Below are positions 38,950 through 50,782 of a stretch of DNA of 64,000 nucleotides, piece after piece. The notes beneath the pieces were generated by a model. The model was given only the letters and a program-made list of their open reading frames with translations. It was not told the origin of the DNA and ran no database searches. The translations under genes and the position numbers were made by a program. The stretch is from Squalus acanthias (lineage: Eukaryota). Numbering within the stretch: position 1 is the stretch's first letter; each line of letters opens with the position of its first letter. The stretch spans positions 165,542,001 through 165,606,000 of the forward strand of contig CM059425.1 of assembly GCA_030390025.1 (NCBI GenBank), read 5' to 3'.

Positions 38950-41255
38950 ATCAACAACAACAACTTGCATTTACATAGTGGGCGGAACTTTCAACTTTGG
39001 CAATAGCGGATCGGCCGCCCGTTATACACCACACCCAATTTGAATTTCTATTGATTTCAATGGAAAGGAAAATCAAGCAGGGTACATAACAGGCAGCCGA
39101 TTCACTAGCATCTTTTTTACGTTCCCGCCGAATTTGAAAGTTCTGCCCAATGCTTTTAATGTAGAGAAGATCCTAAGGTGCTTCACAGAGGCATGAGGAA
39201 AGTGGCCACTGAGCCAAGGACAGGTAGATTACGAAGGAAGGCCAAAAACTTGGTCAAAGATGTGGGTTTCAGGAGGGTCTTAAAGGAGGAGAGGGAGGTA
39301 GAGAGGTGGAGGAGTAAAGGGGGATAATTCCAGAAGTTGGGACCTAGGCAATCGGAGCACAGGTGGTGCAAAGCGCATGCACAAGAGGCCAGAGTTAGAG
39401 GAATGGATGGGAGTTGTTGTGCTGGAGGAGGTTACAGAAATAGGGAGGGGCCAAGCTATCAAGAATTTAAACACAAGTATCAGGATTTTAAATTTGAGGC
39501 GTTGGGGACCGGTAGCCAATATAAATCAGCGAGGATGGAGATGATGATTGGATTGGATTGGTGTAGGATTGGATATGGGCAACAGCGAATTGAGTAGGAG
39601 GCTGACAAGGATAGCATTGGAGTAATTGAATCTGGAGGTGAAAAAGGTGTGAATTATGGTTTCAGCAGCAGATGGGTTGAGGTAGGAACAGAGCGGAGGT
39701 GGAAGTAGGCAGTGATGTTACGGAGGTGGAAGTAGGCAGTCTTTGTGATGGCAAAAAATATGATGTCAGAAGCTCAGCACAGGTCAAATCGGCTGCTGAG
39801 ACTGTGAACTGGCTGGTTAAACCTACAACAGTAGTCAGGGAGGGGATGGAGTCAGTCACGAGGGTACGGGGTTTTTTGTGCTAAGAGCTGAAGACATTAG
39901 CTTCAGTCTTCCCACTGTCTAGCTGGAGGAAGTTACAGTTCATCTAAGTCTGGATGTCAATCAAACAAACCAGCAGCGCAGAGGCAGTGGAGAGGTCAAG
40001 AGAGATGGTAGAGAGGTAGAGTTGGGTGTTATCGGCATACATGTGAAAGCTGACCCCATGTCTGTGATGGTGTCACTAAGGAGCAGTATTAAGAAGAGCA
40101 GGAAGCCAAGAATGAATCCTTGGTGGACTGTGGAGGTGCCTGTACGGTGGTGGGAAGGGAAGCCATTGCTAGAGATGCTCTGGCTTTTATCAGATGGATA
40201 AGATAGGAATGTGGCAAGGGCAGTCTCACCAAACTGAGCAAAGGAGGAGAGGGGTTGGTGTGATTGACTGTGTTGATGGCTGCAGGGAGGTTGAGGAGGA
40301 TAAGGATGGTGTTAATGCAGTATGGTCATAGTCATAGAGAATGTCATTTGTGACTTTGTTTAGGGCTAGTCTAGTACAAAAAGAGGAGCGGAAACCTGAA
40401 TGCAGGGTTTCAGAGAGGGAGTCACAGGGGAGGTGGACGTGGATCTCAGAGGCAACAACACATTCACGGACATTGATGAGGAAGGTTGGAGAAGGGACGG
40501 TAGTTGGTAAAGACAGAGGAAACAATGTGGGTTTTTTGAGGAGGGGGGCAGTGCCTGAGGAGAGGAAACCATTTACAATATCAGCTAAAATGGAGACCAG
40601 GAAAGGATGTTCAATGATCAGGAGCTGAGTGGGAAGCAGAAGGTGAATCTTGTGGATTAGATGAGCTTGGAGAGGGTAAGGGTGAGAAAGTAGGGAGTAG
40701 CTGGGTTCAAGGCGAGGGTGGGGACAGGACTGGGGAGAGATCTGACTTAGTAGGCAGAGGAAGGGGGAAGCAACATAGGTAGCTGAAGAAATCCATTAAC
40801 TCCTTGTATCTGTTAGATGTGAGAGTGGAAGAGGTATGGGGGAGGGCTTAAAGGAAGCAGTTGGTTGTAGAAAAAAAGGAATGTGGAGATATCTTTGATC
40901 TGTAGGATCATCCTAGAGTAGTGAACGATTTTGGTAGGTGAGAGTGAGGCCAGGTAAAGCTTGATGTGGTCAAGGCAGATCTGGCAATGGGTGGTTAAGC
41001 CAATTGTGCACCAGATACACTCTAGTTTGTGCCCCTTGAACATACAAGGAATGAAGATGAGGTCAATAACGGGGGGAAATGACTGGAATGGGAGACAGTG
41101 AAGGTTTTTCTGGAGATAAGGACATCAAAGGCAGAATGAAGAAATATTTGAGCAAATCAAAAGCTGCAGAGATATTGTGGTGAACAGAGAGCCAAAGGCT
41201 AGGCACTACTGTATTCAAGAGTACAGGTAGTAATTTTCCAAGATCATGTTGCATT
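38950..41255 (-). mobile_element. Older, decayed L2 LINE
   Basis: Fragmented peptides LKFKILILVFK, SGFRSSFCTRLALNKVTNDIL, QICLDHIKLY colinear with the 5.4-9.4 kb L2; (CAA)n tail at 38952. Confidence 0.85.
38980..39148. mobile_element. Short MITE inserted in the L2 tail
   Basis: TIRs GGGCGGAACTTTCAA and TTGAAAGTTCTGCCC; flanks AGT and AAT; the L2 tail sequence resumes on both sides. Confidence 0.8.
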
Positions 41256-42019
41256 GGGGAACCTCATCTGCTGAAAGTGTATATTCAGAAAATCACAGAT
41301 GCACTGCCCGTAATCTTTCTGTCCATTAATTTTAATTGAAAGAAAATTGTGGGCAGGGTGCCCATGATTTTCGAATACGCTGGCAAGATTCCCCAGTGGC
41401 AGTGCAAACTCTGAAAATTACAGATGCAAACTATGCGTCATTTCTTTTTATTTGTTCCTGGGATGTGTGCAATGCAGCTTTTATTGCCATGCATCCCTAG
41501 TTGCCCTAAGGGCATTAACAGTGAACCACATAGTGTGGGATTGGAGTCATGGTGGGGTGGCAGGATCCCTTCCCTGAAAGACATTAATAAACCAGCTGGA
41601 CTTTTACAACAACCTGGTAGCTTTCACGGTCATTTTCTTTCTGCTGTCAGCCCACAAATTACCAGATTTATTGATTTCAATTTCACGATTTGTTATGATG
41701 GGATTGAAACTCGCAACCTCTGCATTGCTAGTCTAGTACCATAAACACTACCGTACACTAACTGGCTTCGTGTTGCAAAAGATGATTACAAGTGTATGTA
41801 TTTATATAATTGTATTTAAAACACTACAGTATTTAATATCAGGGTTTCCTGTGTTGTGTTGTTGTTCATCATGTCCTAATTATACATAAATAGGAGCTGA
41901 AAAGCTCTACCTCTGTTGTAAAACCAAGTGAAAAGTGAGCAATAATGACATTTACGTCATTCTAGTACAAGGCTGTTCCTCTAGATACACATTTACTGTA
42001 AGTTTTGATAACCTGGTGG

Positions 42020-42162
42020 CAACGTTCCCTCTAAGCTGCGCGGCCGTGCAGCTGTCGGCCTGTCCCGTGCTGCCCGGGACCGGCTTTCCAAAGAGAAATT
42101 TCGTGCATGCATGAAATTTTGAATGGGCCGTGCACCCCGAAAAGATATTAGGGGGAACATTG
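42020..42162. mobile_element. Short hAT MITE
   Basis: TIRs CAACGTTCCCTCTAA and TTAGGGGGAACATTG; 8-bp TSD CCTGGTGG and CCTGGTGA. Confidence 0.85.
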
Positions 42163-42249
42163 CCTGGTGATCATTACCCTGAGCCTGGAGATCCTGACCA
42201 ACCTGGGATAACAGTCTGATTGACGTTGTTGGTTAGATTTGGGGACATA

Positions 42250-42401
42250 GGCTGGGAATTTCAGAGCTGCTCCTGCTCTGTTGCTGTAACATCGGATGAC
42301 ATGTGGCAGAAACACCGTTGTGCAGGTAAGCAGGGTTTCGGCCAGACCTCCGGCGAAATTGCGGCCGCGGATTGGGTGCAGCTCCAAGGAAATTCCCAGC
42401 C
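42250..42401. mobile_element. Short MITE
   Basis: Perfect 13-bp TIR GGCTGGGAATTTC and GAAATTCCCAGCC; flanks ATA and ATC. Confidence 0.75.
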
Positions 42402-42557
42402 ATCATGGAGGAAGTTTCTTTTTGTTTGCTATTTGTAGCAAAACTGTAAATGCGTTCTCTATACACTCATTACGATTTCGGTATAATAGCAAAACAGAGA
42501 AGAACTTCCTTCAGTATGAAAATCAGACAGGTTAGGCAGACTTTCCAGTCCATGCAT

Positions 42558-44112
42558 GGGGCTGGATTTTGTCAGTGTGGGCGGGCTGGGGCGTGTCAGG
42601 TGGAAATCGTGTCAGGACCCCGACTCCTTAAGTGAAGTGCTGAAAAAGTGGGATTTTCCCCTCATTTGGCAATTGATTTCCAGTGTGTGGGAACCCCTGG
42701 CCCAATGAGTCTTTTCATACAGAAAGTCGCCTCCGATGACGTCATCAGTGCTGCTGGATTTAAGACCTGCAAGCAGCCTTGCTTCCTCTGGAGACTGCAA
42801 ATGCTTTGCAAATTGTATGAAGGTGTTGATTTCCCGACAATGTCCACGATCAAGCAAAAGTGTGCACCTTGGTTTGATGAGCCCTCCCTCCAAGCTCTGG
42901 TGCACGGAGCCAGATGTAATAAGGAGGTGCTGTTCCCTTCCTCAGGGAGAAAAAAGCTACCCCAGCAGACAAAAGCTGTGTGGCTGCAAGTGGCCCAGGA
43001 GGTCAACTCCATTTCAATGAGCCGCAGAACCTGGCTGCAATGCAGGAAGAGGTTTCATGATCTTCTCCGCACAGGAAAAGTGAGTATGACTTTCCCATCA
43101 CCCTCAATCTGATCCCCATCGCCTCTCCTCACCAGCACTCTGCTTTGCCAACCTCTTCCTCCACATGCCACTTGACACTTACATGCCTGCACCCTTACCC
43201 ATTCGCTCTCTCTCGAAGGTCACATTCACTTGACTATTCGACCATGCAGCCCTCACACTCCCTATCACTGTGATGCCATGACAACAACAACTTTCAACAC
43301 ACAGGGATGGTCCTTTGTATCCTTCTAAGCATCTATGCTATGGATTATCTACACTCACTCCTTCATTCTCACTCAAACTCCACTTGTGTCCTTCATTGCA
43401 GGAAAAGAGAGCCCACAATAAGAGGGAAAGAGCCATGACAGGAGGAGGGCCACCCTCAGTAGCCCAGCTCACCACCTGGGAGGAGGCGGCCCTGGAAATT
43501 GCCGGGATTGAGGAGGATTCCCAAGTGGGGGACGGACAGATGGGCACATCGCAGCAAGCTGGTGACAGAATAGTTTGGCATCTCTCTCATTGACATTGCA
43601 TGAGTCACTGATAATGAATCTGATGCTCTAACAGATTGACTTATGATCATTTGCACTATTCAATGTTCATGTAACCTTGACCTCACATCTCTAACTCTTT
43701 CCTTTACTCCCCCACAGGACCATCAAAAGCCCCCATCCCCACTGTCCAGGAGGAAGAGCCTGAGCTTCCAGACTCCTCAGAGGAAGCTGCAACCTCTGAG
43801 GGCGCAGCCTCAGCAGAATTCAGCGCACCCAGCATCAGCGCAGACACTCACACCTTGGTGGGACCTTCGCAAGATAGAGTAGTGTTGGCACCTGGTGTAT
43901 CACAGCTCACAAGTGAGCATCAGCAGATGGTGGAGACAGGGACAGCAGTGGAGAGTCCTCGTCGGAGGGCGCAGGACTCTGCCAGCTCGGTTCAGCTGCA
44001 TGTCGACCCTGTGCCTCCAGGTCCATCCAGAACGAGAGCGGTGCTGGAACTCCAGGAACAGGTGCAGGAGTCTCTGGCAGGTTTTGTCTCCAGGGTCGCT
44101 GAAAATCAACCC
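42558..44112 (+). mobile_element. Harbinger deletion derivative carrying the Myb/SANT gene
   Basis: Ends GGGGCTGGATTTT and GAAAATCAACCC; contains a spliced Myb/SANT ORF; no transposase. Confidence 0.7.
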
Positions 44113-44175
44113 TGCTGTGTCTCCATATACTGTGGCAGTTTCGAAGACAGCAAAACTCATTCACATCAAGTGTAA
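42840..44175 (+). CDS. Harbinger Myb/SANT-like DNA-binding protein; predicted exons 42840-43079, 43402-43561, 43718-44175 (about 285 aa, 3' end chimeric)
   Basis: Exon 1 APWFDEPSLQALV...KEVLFP...TKAVWLQVAQEVNSISMSRRTWLQCRKRFHDL; donor AAA|GTGAGT, acceptor ttgcag|, exon 2 EKRAHNKRERAMTGGGPP, donor G|GTGAC, acceptor ccacag|; phases 0 and 1 keep the frame open. Confidence 0.65.
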
Positions 44176-44589
44176 ATATTTATGCCACTTAAAGTTCTCT
44201 CGGCCACAAAAGCACAAATATAATAACTATACTCATCACTACATTAACATGCTAAGAAAATAACAATATTATAATAGCAGCATTACCATCAATCTTGCCA
44301 TACCAATTTTGGTGATGATATCTATGTAATTTATATGTTGCAACTTTTGTACCTCTTGCATTGAAGAATGCCTGAGTCCTTTACAAGAGATAGAAGAAGA
44401 CACCAACCAGGAGATAGGAAAGTGTCAAGGGGGAATGGAAGCATAGACAAAGAGAAAGATTTTTAAGAGCCTTTTGAAGAAAGAGTGGGGGAGATAGCAA
44501 AGTTAAATAATAGCCTACTATACCTTGTTGCAAAGGGATTGGTTGTACAGATGAACCATCCTGTTACCATCCAGATTTACTATCTTGAT

Positions 44590-45314
44590 GGGGGGAATTA
44601 TTACTTCCCAACGAGCTGGGAGTGTGGGGCGTCCGGTAGCACGCGGGAAACCTAGAAGCCTGCTGTAGAGATTTAACTCCACAGTGTGCGTCTTTCATCA
44701 TTGATAGGTTCCCCGCCCGGAAGTCAGCCTGATTGACAGGCTTGGCTTCCAGTCATGCAGGGAATGCTCCGGAGGAGGCCACAGGACCAGGGGGATCCGA
44801 TCCCTGACCATGGAAGAGGGAGGGTCCAATCCCGGACCACAGGGGCGGGGGTCCGATCCCGGGGGAGTCAGATCCCTGACCTCGGGGGGCTCTGATTCCC
44901 AACCCTGGTGGGGGGTCCGATCCCAGGGGTCTTTGTATGGGGGGGTCTGATGGTGAGGGAACTTGGGGGGCTGGGAAGAGGCACTCCTGCTCCTCCTGGC
45001 CCACAAGGAGTGCTCCCTGAGGGTGCCCTTGCCTCGCTACAGCTGCCGGGTTTCCCGAGGCCCGGGAAACCTGGCCAGCCACAGTTAAACCTGCAAAGCA
45101 GGTTATATCTGAGACTTCCAGCCTCATTAACATATTTTAAATGGCAACCTGCCTCCTGGGAGCAGGTTGGCTGCCTGCCCCTTGTCCCGCCTCAGTAAAA
45201 CCCAGAAGTCGGCGGGTTGGAGCCGGCTTCCTGACACGCTTCGATTTTGTTGGCTATTTAACACTTCCCACCCACACCCATTCCCACCCGCTCACCTATG
45301 TTAAAATTTCCCCC
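44590..45314. mobile_element. GC-rich Harbinger-like MITE
   Basis: Ends GGGGGGAATTATTAC and GTTAAAATTTCCCCC; TSD GAT (44587-44589, 45315-45317); internal short repeats ggtccgatccc. Confidence 0.7.
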
Positions 45315-45937
45315 GATGAAGCTGCCAGCGATATATATTGTTTTTAAATTTAAACTTAGTTTCTCAACTAAATCAACTCTGCATCATTAATAGATTTTTG
45401 CACAGCCTTTATTTTTTGCTAGACATCATAGTGATGCTCCTTGAAGCATGAGTAAAACTCATGCGTATTTATATTGCTTTGTGCATGGCTTTCATACAAT
45501 TTGAATCAAATTTGCACATTGATCCCAGTTGGGTTGTATAGTGTTGCACTGCTAGAAAGAGCATCACAATCCCATATAATACAGCAATTTAGCATGACAA
45601 TACTAAGGAATACAATTAGTATCACTGTAGTATCAAGTGAACTGATAAGACTATGAGATAAAGCTTATATAGTCACTTGAGAATAAATTATTTTCATGCT
45701 TTAGGTTTCAACAAAGGCTTTGTAAGATATTGTGCCAAGAGAGAACTCTATATGATTATGAAGAATAGCAACATTACCCAAGAAAATTTAAATAACAGCA
45801 AACTTCATCTTCCTTGGTCTAGTGAAATCCCCAGTGAATTTTGGAACAATGGAAAGTCATTCTTAGAATTTTGTTTACTTATTCCTGATTTTTGTCATAT
45901 TGAAAAATGTTCCACATCAATTTTATTATTTTGCACA

Positions 45938-46048
45938 AAAGTACTCCAATATTTAGAGATATTTAAAGTACTCCAATATTTAGAGATATTTAAAGTACTC
46001 CAATATTTAGAGATATTTAAAGTACTCCAATATTTAGAGATATTTAAA
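45938..46048 (+). repeat. 27-bp tandem repeat, 4 perfect copies
   Basis: AAAGTACTCCAATATTTAGAGATATTT x4. Confidence 0.95.
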
Positions 46049-47267
46049 GCCTCTGCTTTTCCTTAGCATGAAATGGAGGTCCATCAGTACCACTACAAAT
46101 GATGACAAATTGAGGCCATGTATTTTAATTAGTACTTGAAATTGCTACAGGACTTCAGAAAGGGAGTTCAGAATAAACCAGAAGGTTATGTGCATTTGTC
46201 ATTAAGGGTACTTTGGAAAATCTGTCAGACATATTTGTGAATATTTTAAATCATTTCAGTGTCTAACGCAGCTTCTATGGTGTATGACTTTGCTAAAAGC
46301 TCAGCTGTTCCAGTGTTGTGAATAACTGATCCAGTGCTGTGTACACTGCAATATCAATGGAAAGCCTCGTTGTACATGTGCTGGATATGTTCCTGACTTC
46401 ATCTTCGTATGTCTTTAAGAAAGAAAAACCAGGACTGACAAAATGTTTGATGAAAAACATTAAGCAGCGAAATATCTAACAAAAATAAACATCATTCCAT
46501 AACTTCTGTTGCTGCCCTATTAATCATTCTCTCTGAAAAGTGGATGGCCATGTTGCAAACTAAAGAAAACTTCATAGTGAAATTGTACAACTATTACTAA
46601 ATCATCCGGATGAGCTGTTGCTATCCCTCATGGGGTGCCATTGTCAAAAGACTTTATGATCCAAGAGGATTCTTAGGTTTTTGGAAGAAATCCTGTGAGA
46701 TCCCGTGAGAAATCATAAATCCTATAAGTTGTTTACGCTTCTTAATTGATTAAATAAGATCCTATGAGATGGTTCTATGGGATTTGTGGTGAGGTACAAA
46801 AAGGACTCCATTTTTAAAATGCAGCTACTGTCACTACTAACTCACTATTATATACACCACATTTGCAAGAGTCCATTTTGCTATTGTAAATGATCTTGTG
46901 TCATGTCAGTAAGTATTAAAACGTGGTTGCAATGAAACCTCTGGGAGCTAAAGCTGCTGAAATTACCCTTTTTTCAGTTGTGCTGGAGAAGAATTATCTT
47001 TTTAAGAAATGTATTATTTTTTAAGTATGGACTGATGAGAGCTTTCATGACCTGTTAGAATATCTATGCCAGTTAAAAAGTGATATTATACAACAGTGAC
47101 TACGTTTTGGGACGTCCAGAGGTCGTGAAAGGTGTTATATAAATGCAAGTCTTCCTTTCTTTATCTGAAAAGTAGTTTTGCAGTGGCTGAGAAAATCTCG
47201 AACCCATTATTTTCACAGAGAAAAGATATGGTGTCAACAATAAGCTATTTTTATTCCACACCGAACA

Positions 47268-47780
47268 GGGTTGATTTTCCTCCTCTCCCGACCCTTGCCC
47301 AGGTATTGAATGCGCTCCACCTATCCAGGCCTCAGGGTGTCCAAATTTGGTGGGCTGGATCACAAACAGGCAAAACACTGCACTGGAAAATGGGAGTGAA
47401 ACAAAAGCACAACAGTGGCCTTGAGAAGCCTGCAGCTGAGGGACTGGCTGCTGGCCAGGGGGCCTTCTGACTGCTTTTGGAGAATAGCAGCCAGAAAAAC
47501 TTCAACCTCGAAGAACTGTGGGGAGCTTGCAAGAAAAGGGATGCCTGGCTGTCTCAGACCTTCTGATCTGAGTAAGTCTCTAGTGCAAGTTCCACCAGCA
47601 GCTTCTTCAGATGGCCCTGTATTTGGGAGCCCTTCCAGGGTGATGACAAGAAAGTGTGACCAGCCGGCCAGGAATGCTCCCCTCCTGCCTCATTTCCATG
47701 GGAGCGGAGGTCAGGTCTATCTCTTTGGGGAAGCCCTGGAAATCCCATAGGAAAGCAAATGGGGGTGGAAACCCAGCATC
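47268..47780. mobile_element. Decayed Harbinger-like MITE
   Basis: Starts GGGTTGATTTTC, the exact reverse complement of the 44101-44112 terminus; right end uncertain. Confidence 0.4.
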
Positions 47781-48081
47781 ATAGATCTTTGCCCCTATTT
47801 TCTGCCATTAGCACACATGGAATGTGTTTGGCTCTGTTGTGGTGGGTCAAAAGCATGTGGCAAAGGTATAGCAGCAAAATTATCTTTATCACTGAACCAG
47901 TACCGAGCAATTCACGCCCAAAGCATTTATGCCTTTTTTAATTGGACCATTAAAAATTACATTGGGTTTCCACAGTGTCATCGCACAAAAATCAGTATTG
48001 TAAGTACCCCCTTTATGAGGGCACCACTAAAAGAAAGCTGACCGGGTCCATCAAACTAATAGAGACTTAACATGAACTAGA

Positions 48082-48355
48082 TCAGTATTTCATTATTTTG
48101 GTTGATTGGACTCCCTGTAGTGCCCACTTGTCGCCAAAGGCCTCAAGCATACCAGTGAACACCGCATGTTCCCTCTCCAGGGCCATCCGCGTGCGGACAA
48201 GACTGCGGAAGAGAGGTAGGCAGTCGGAGTGACCCTCCCCTCGGCTCCCACGCATCCAGGACTTGTGAATGGCTGTTTTGGCCACGCCCAGCAGCAGACC
48301 CACAAGAAGGTCCCCCGACTTGCTCGCCCCCCTCCACACCAGGTGGCCGAACATC
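48082..48355 (-). mobile_element. Tx1/L1-group LINE ORF2 C-terminal fragment
   Basis: LLVGLLLGVAKTAIHKS...DCLPLFRSLVRTRMALEREHAVFTGMLEAFGDKWA resembles the C-terminus of vertebrate Tx1-type ORF2. Confidence 0.7.
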
Positions 48356-49439
48356 GAGAGTGTGGTGGAAAATATCCTTCTTACCTTAAATTTGCATTAT
48401 CTTTTTTTAAAGGATGAATGAACTATTCAATAAGTGTATGTATCAAAGTGCAAGTTCTTTGATGTCGTTTTTGTGCCATTTTTGCAATCAATATTGCCAA
48501 TCCAAGAGTTATAATATTTTATCACAAAAAGTGCTATTTGATGGTGTTTTCTTCATTCTCTGTCACATAATGTAAAACATCAAATTATAAATACTGCAAA
48601 TTATTCCTGAGCAAATAGCTCTACATCTGGTTGACGAAAGATAGAAAGATAAAAGGCAAAACCACATCAAAGGCCTTGCACCTTCAAGGCACAAGTCAAG
48701 CCTGAATGGTTCAAATATGTTTTGCTCTGTGATACTTCAGAGTGGTGCATTGAAGTCTATAGAAAAAAAGGAACAGATCTTCTGTTTGAAGTGCTGTAAT
48801 TATTTCACTCTAATATTTTATTTTTTTAAATTTCACTGCATTATTTAGTAATAAACCTGCATCTAAATCAGGGTGAACATACACAAGCTGTCAAATGATT
48901 GAATCTGAATATAAAAAGCTAACCTAAAATTGACCAGTAGATAAGCAAAAATGGAATGGTGCTGCTCTAATTCCATTCTAATATAAAGTATTTTTTACTC
49001 AGCAGATGGTATCACCACTGCAAGATGTTTGCAATGTTCTTATATTTCCTGTCATCTATATGTGCCAGAAACATTTGTTCATGATGCATATTAATGATTT
49101 GCTGTAACGGAACCCTGTGTCTCATTCCACAATTGGACTCCAGTAATTTATGTTTTATAGTCAGAGTTGCAGTGTTGACGTACCTGAGCTCCAGGTCAGC
49201 TTTGTAATTTTGTCTCCTTTAAATGAGAAACATTGTAGATTCGGGAACATTTGAATCCCCTTTCTCACAGATTTGTTTTTCTTGGTGTTAAGAAAGCTAC
49301 AATAAGAATGTTTTAAGAAAAGGACAGTTAGGAAAGGATTACTGAATACTCCTGCTAAATGCAAATATACAGCAATGCTAAATGTTTTCAACTTAGTTGT
49401 TATTTCATCTTATACAGTGTAGTTTTCTTCTAAAAATGT

Positions 49440-50670
49440 TATTTGGATACTTATTGTCCTAGACAAGGGCATATTTAGCAAGCTGTTGACGGGTATGTCA
49501 GTATTGTAGATGTGAAGTGCTTGGATTTGGAATTTGGGAATTGCATTGAGCTGATCATAAACAGTTTGAGGCATTACAGCTGGACTCAGAGACTCAGAGT
49601 GACTAGGCTGGGGAGGTCAACTTGGTGATATACAAAGAGAAAATCAAGGTGAATAACACATATGAAGAGAGCAGAATCTGACGGAAATACAGGAACATTT
49701 CAACTGGAGCAGTTGGATAGCTGCCCACCTGGGAGATATAGAGGACAGTGAGCTTAAGCCTAAATTAGATAAACTGCACGGGACGGTCAATTCAATCCTG
49801 CACTGGCTAATAAGCAGCAGATCCTGAAAGTCAGCACAAGGACTAAGAGGCTCACCTTGTCTGTGCTGGTTATTTTGGCCACTGTATGATGTGAAACATA
49901 AAGCTCCAGCCAGAGTCATGAGCAGTTTCTTGATGGCTTTTACAAAAATACTAAATGGACAGATTCAGAGGGATGGATGGACCAGGTGGTAAATGTCAAA
50001 TGAACATTGACACATGGAGAGAGTGCAGGGTGCGCTAACAAAGATGATTCCAGGACTTAGAGCTCTAAGTGATGAGAAGAAGCTCAAAAAACTGAACTTG
50101 ACTTCAATAGAGATAAAAACTACATAGCGGAGACATGATCCAGGACTTTACAGTGCTGAGAGACATAGACAATGTTGGTGTAAGGAGGATTTTTAACTGT
50201 GAAAAGCCTCAAGTAAGCCTAGAGTTTGGAAGGAACATTTTTGTTTTCCGCTACAATAATAAATAGTGGTACAGACTCCTAGCAAAATCAGTTCAGGCTG
50301 AGTCAATTAACCCTCTTTAAAAAAAAAAGGAGCTGGATAGTTACATATTTGAGTATGGAATTGGATAGTTACAGACTGAGATTATCAAATATTCCACAGG
50401 AAAAAATGGTTCCTGTGCTGCAAGAGGGAGGGAGTAGGATTGTTTGAGGAGACAAAAGGTCATGTCTAAAAGAGGGAATTATGATGATCAATTCGTATTC
50501 TGAAATTTTGCTAAATGACTTTTGGGGATCAGGGATATTTATACAGAGTGTTTCCACTGGAGATGATTGAGGATGAGTCCTTGAGAGTGTAGATTTTACG
50601 TAGTCTGCGGAAAAAGTAGACTTGATCATTCAAATGGCCTTTTTCTCATTCCTGTTTTCTTACATTCTTA
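49440..50670 (+). mobile_element. Very old CR1 remnants
   Basis: Decayed matches to CR1 (gtagatgtgaagtgcttggattt, gagagagtgcaggg...atgattccaggacttagag, aatggcctttttctcattcctg...ttcttacattctta). Confidence 0.5.
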
Positions 50671-50782
50671 AGTCAGATGCCTCAGTCCTGTCATTCTACT
50701 AGATTGCAGTGGCCTGGATGCAAAACTCACATGACACTGGATGACTCATTTACCTGACCATTTGCCTGTAAATAAATAATAT

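Noticed and set aside
45677..46066. 129-aa ORF with KVLQYLEIF x4
   Set aside because: Length is explained by a stop-free 27-bp tandem repeat; no recognisable domain or splice context
49192..49225. 33-nt minus-strand micro-exon candidate (AG...CAG|GTACGT)
   Set aside because: Too short to support without expression data
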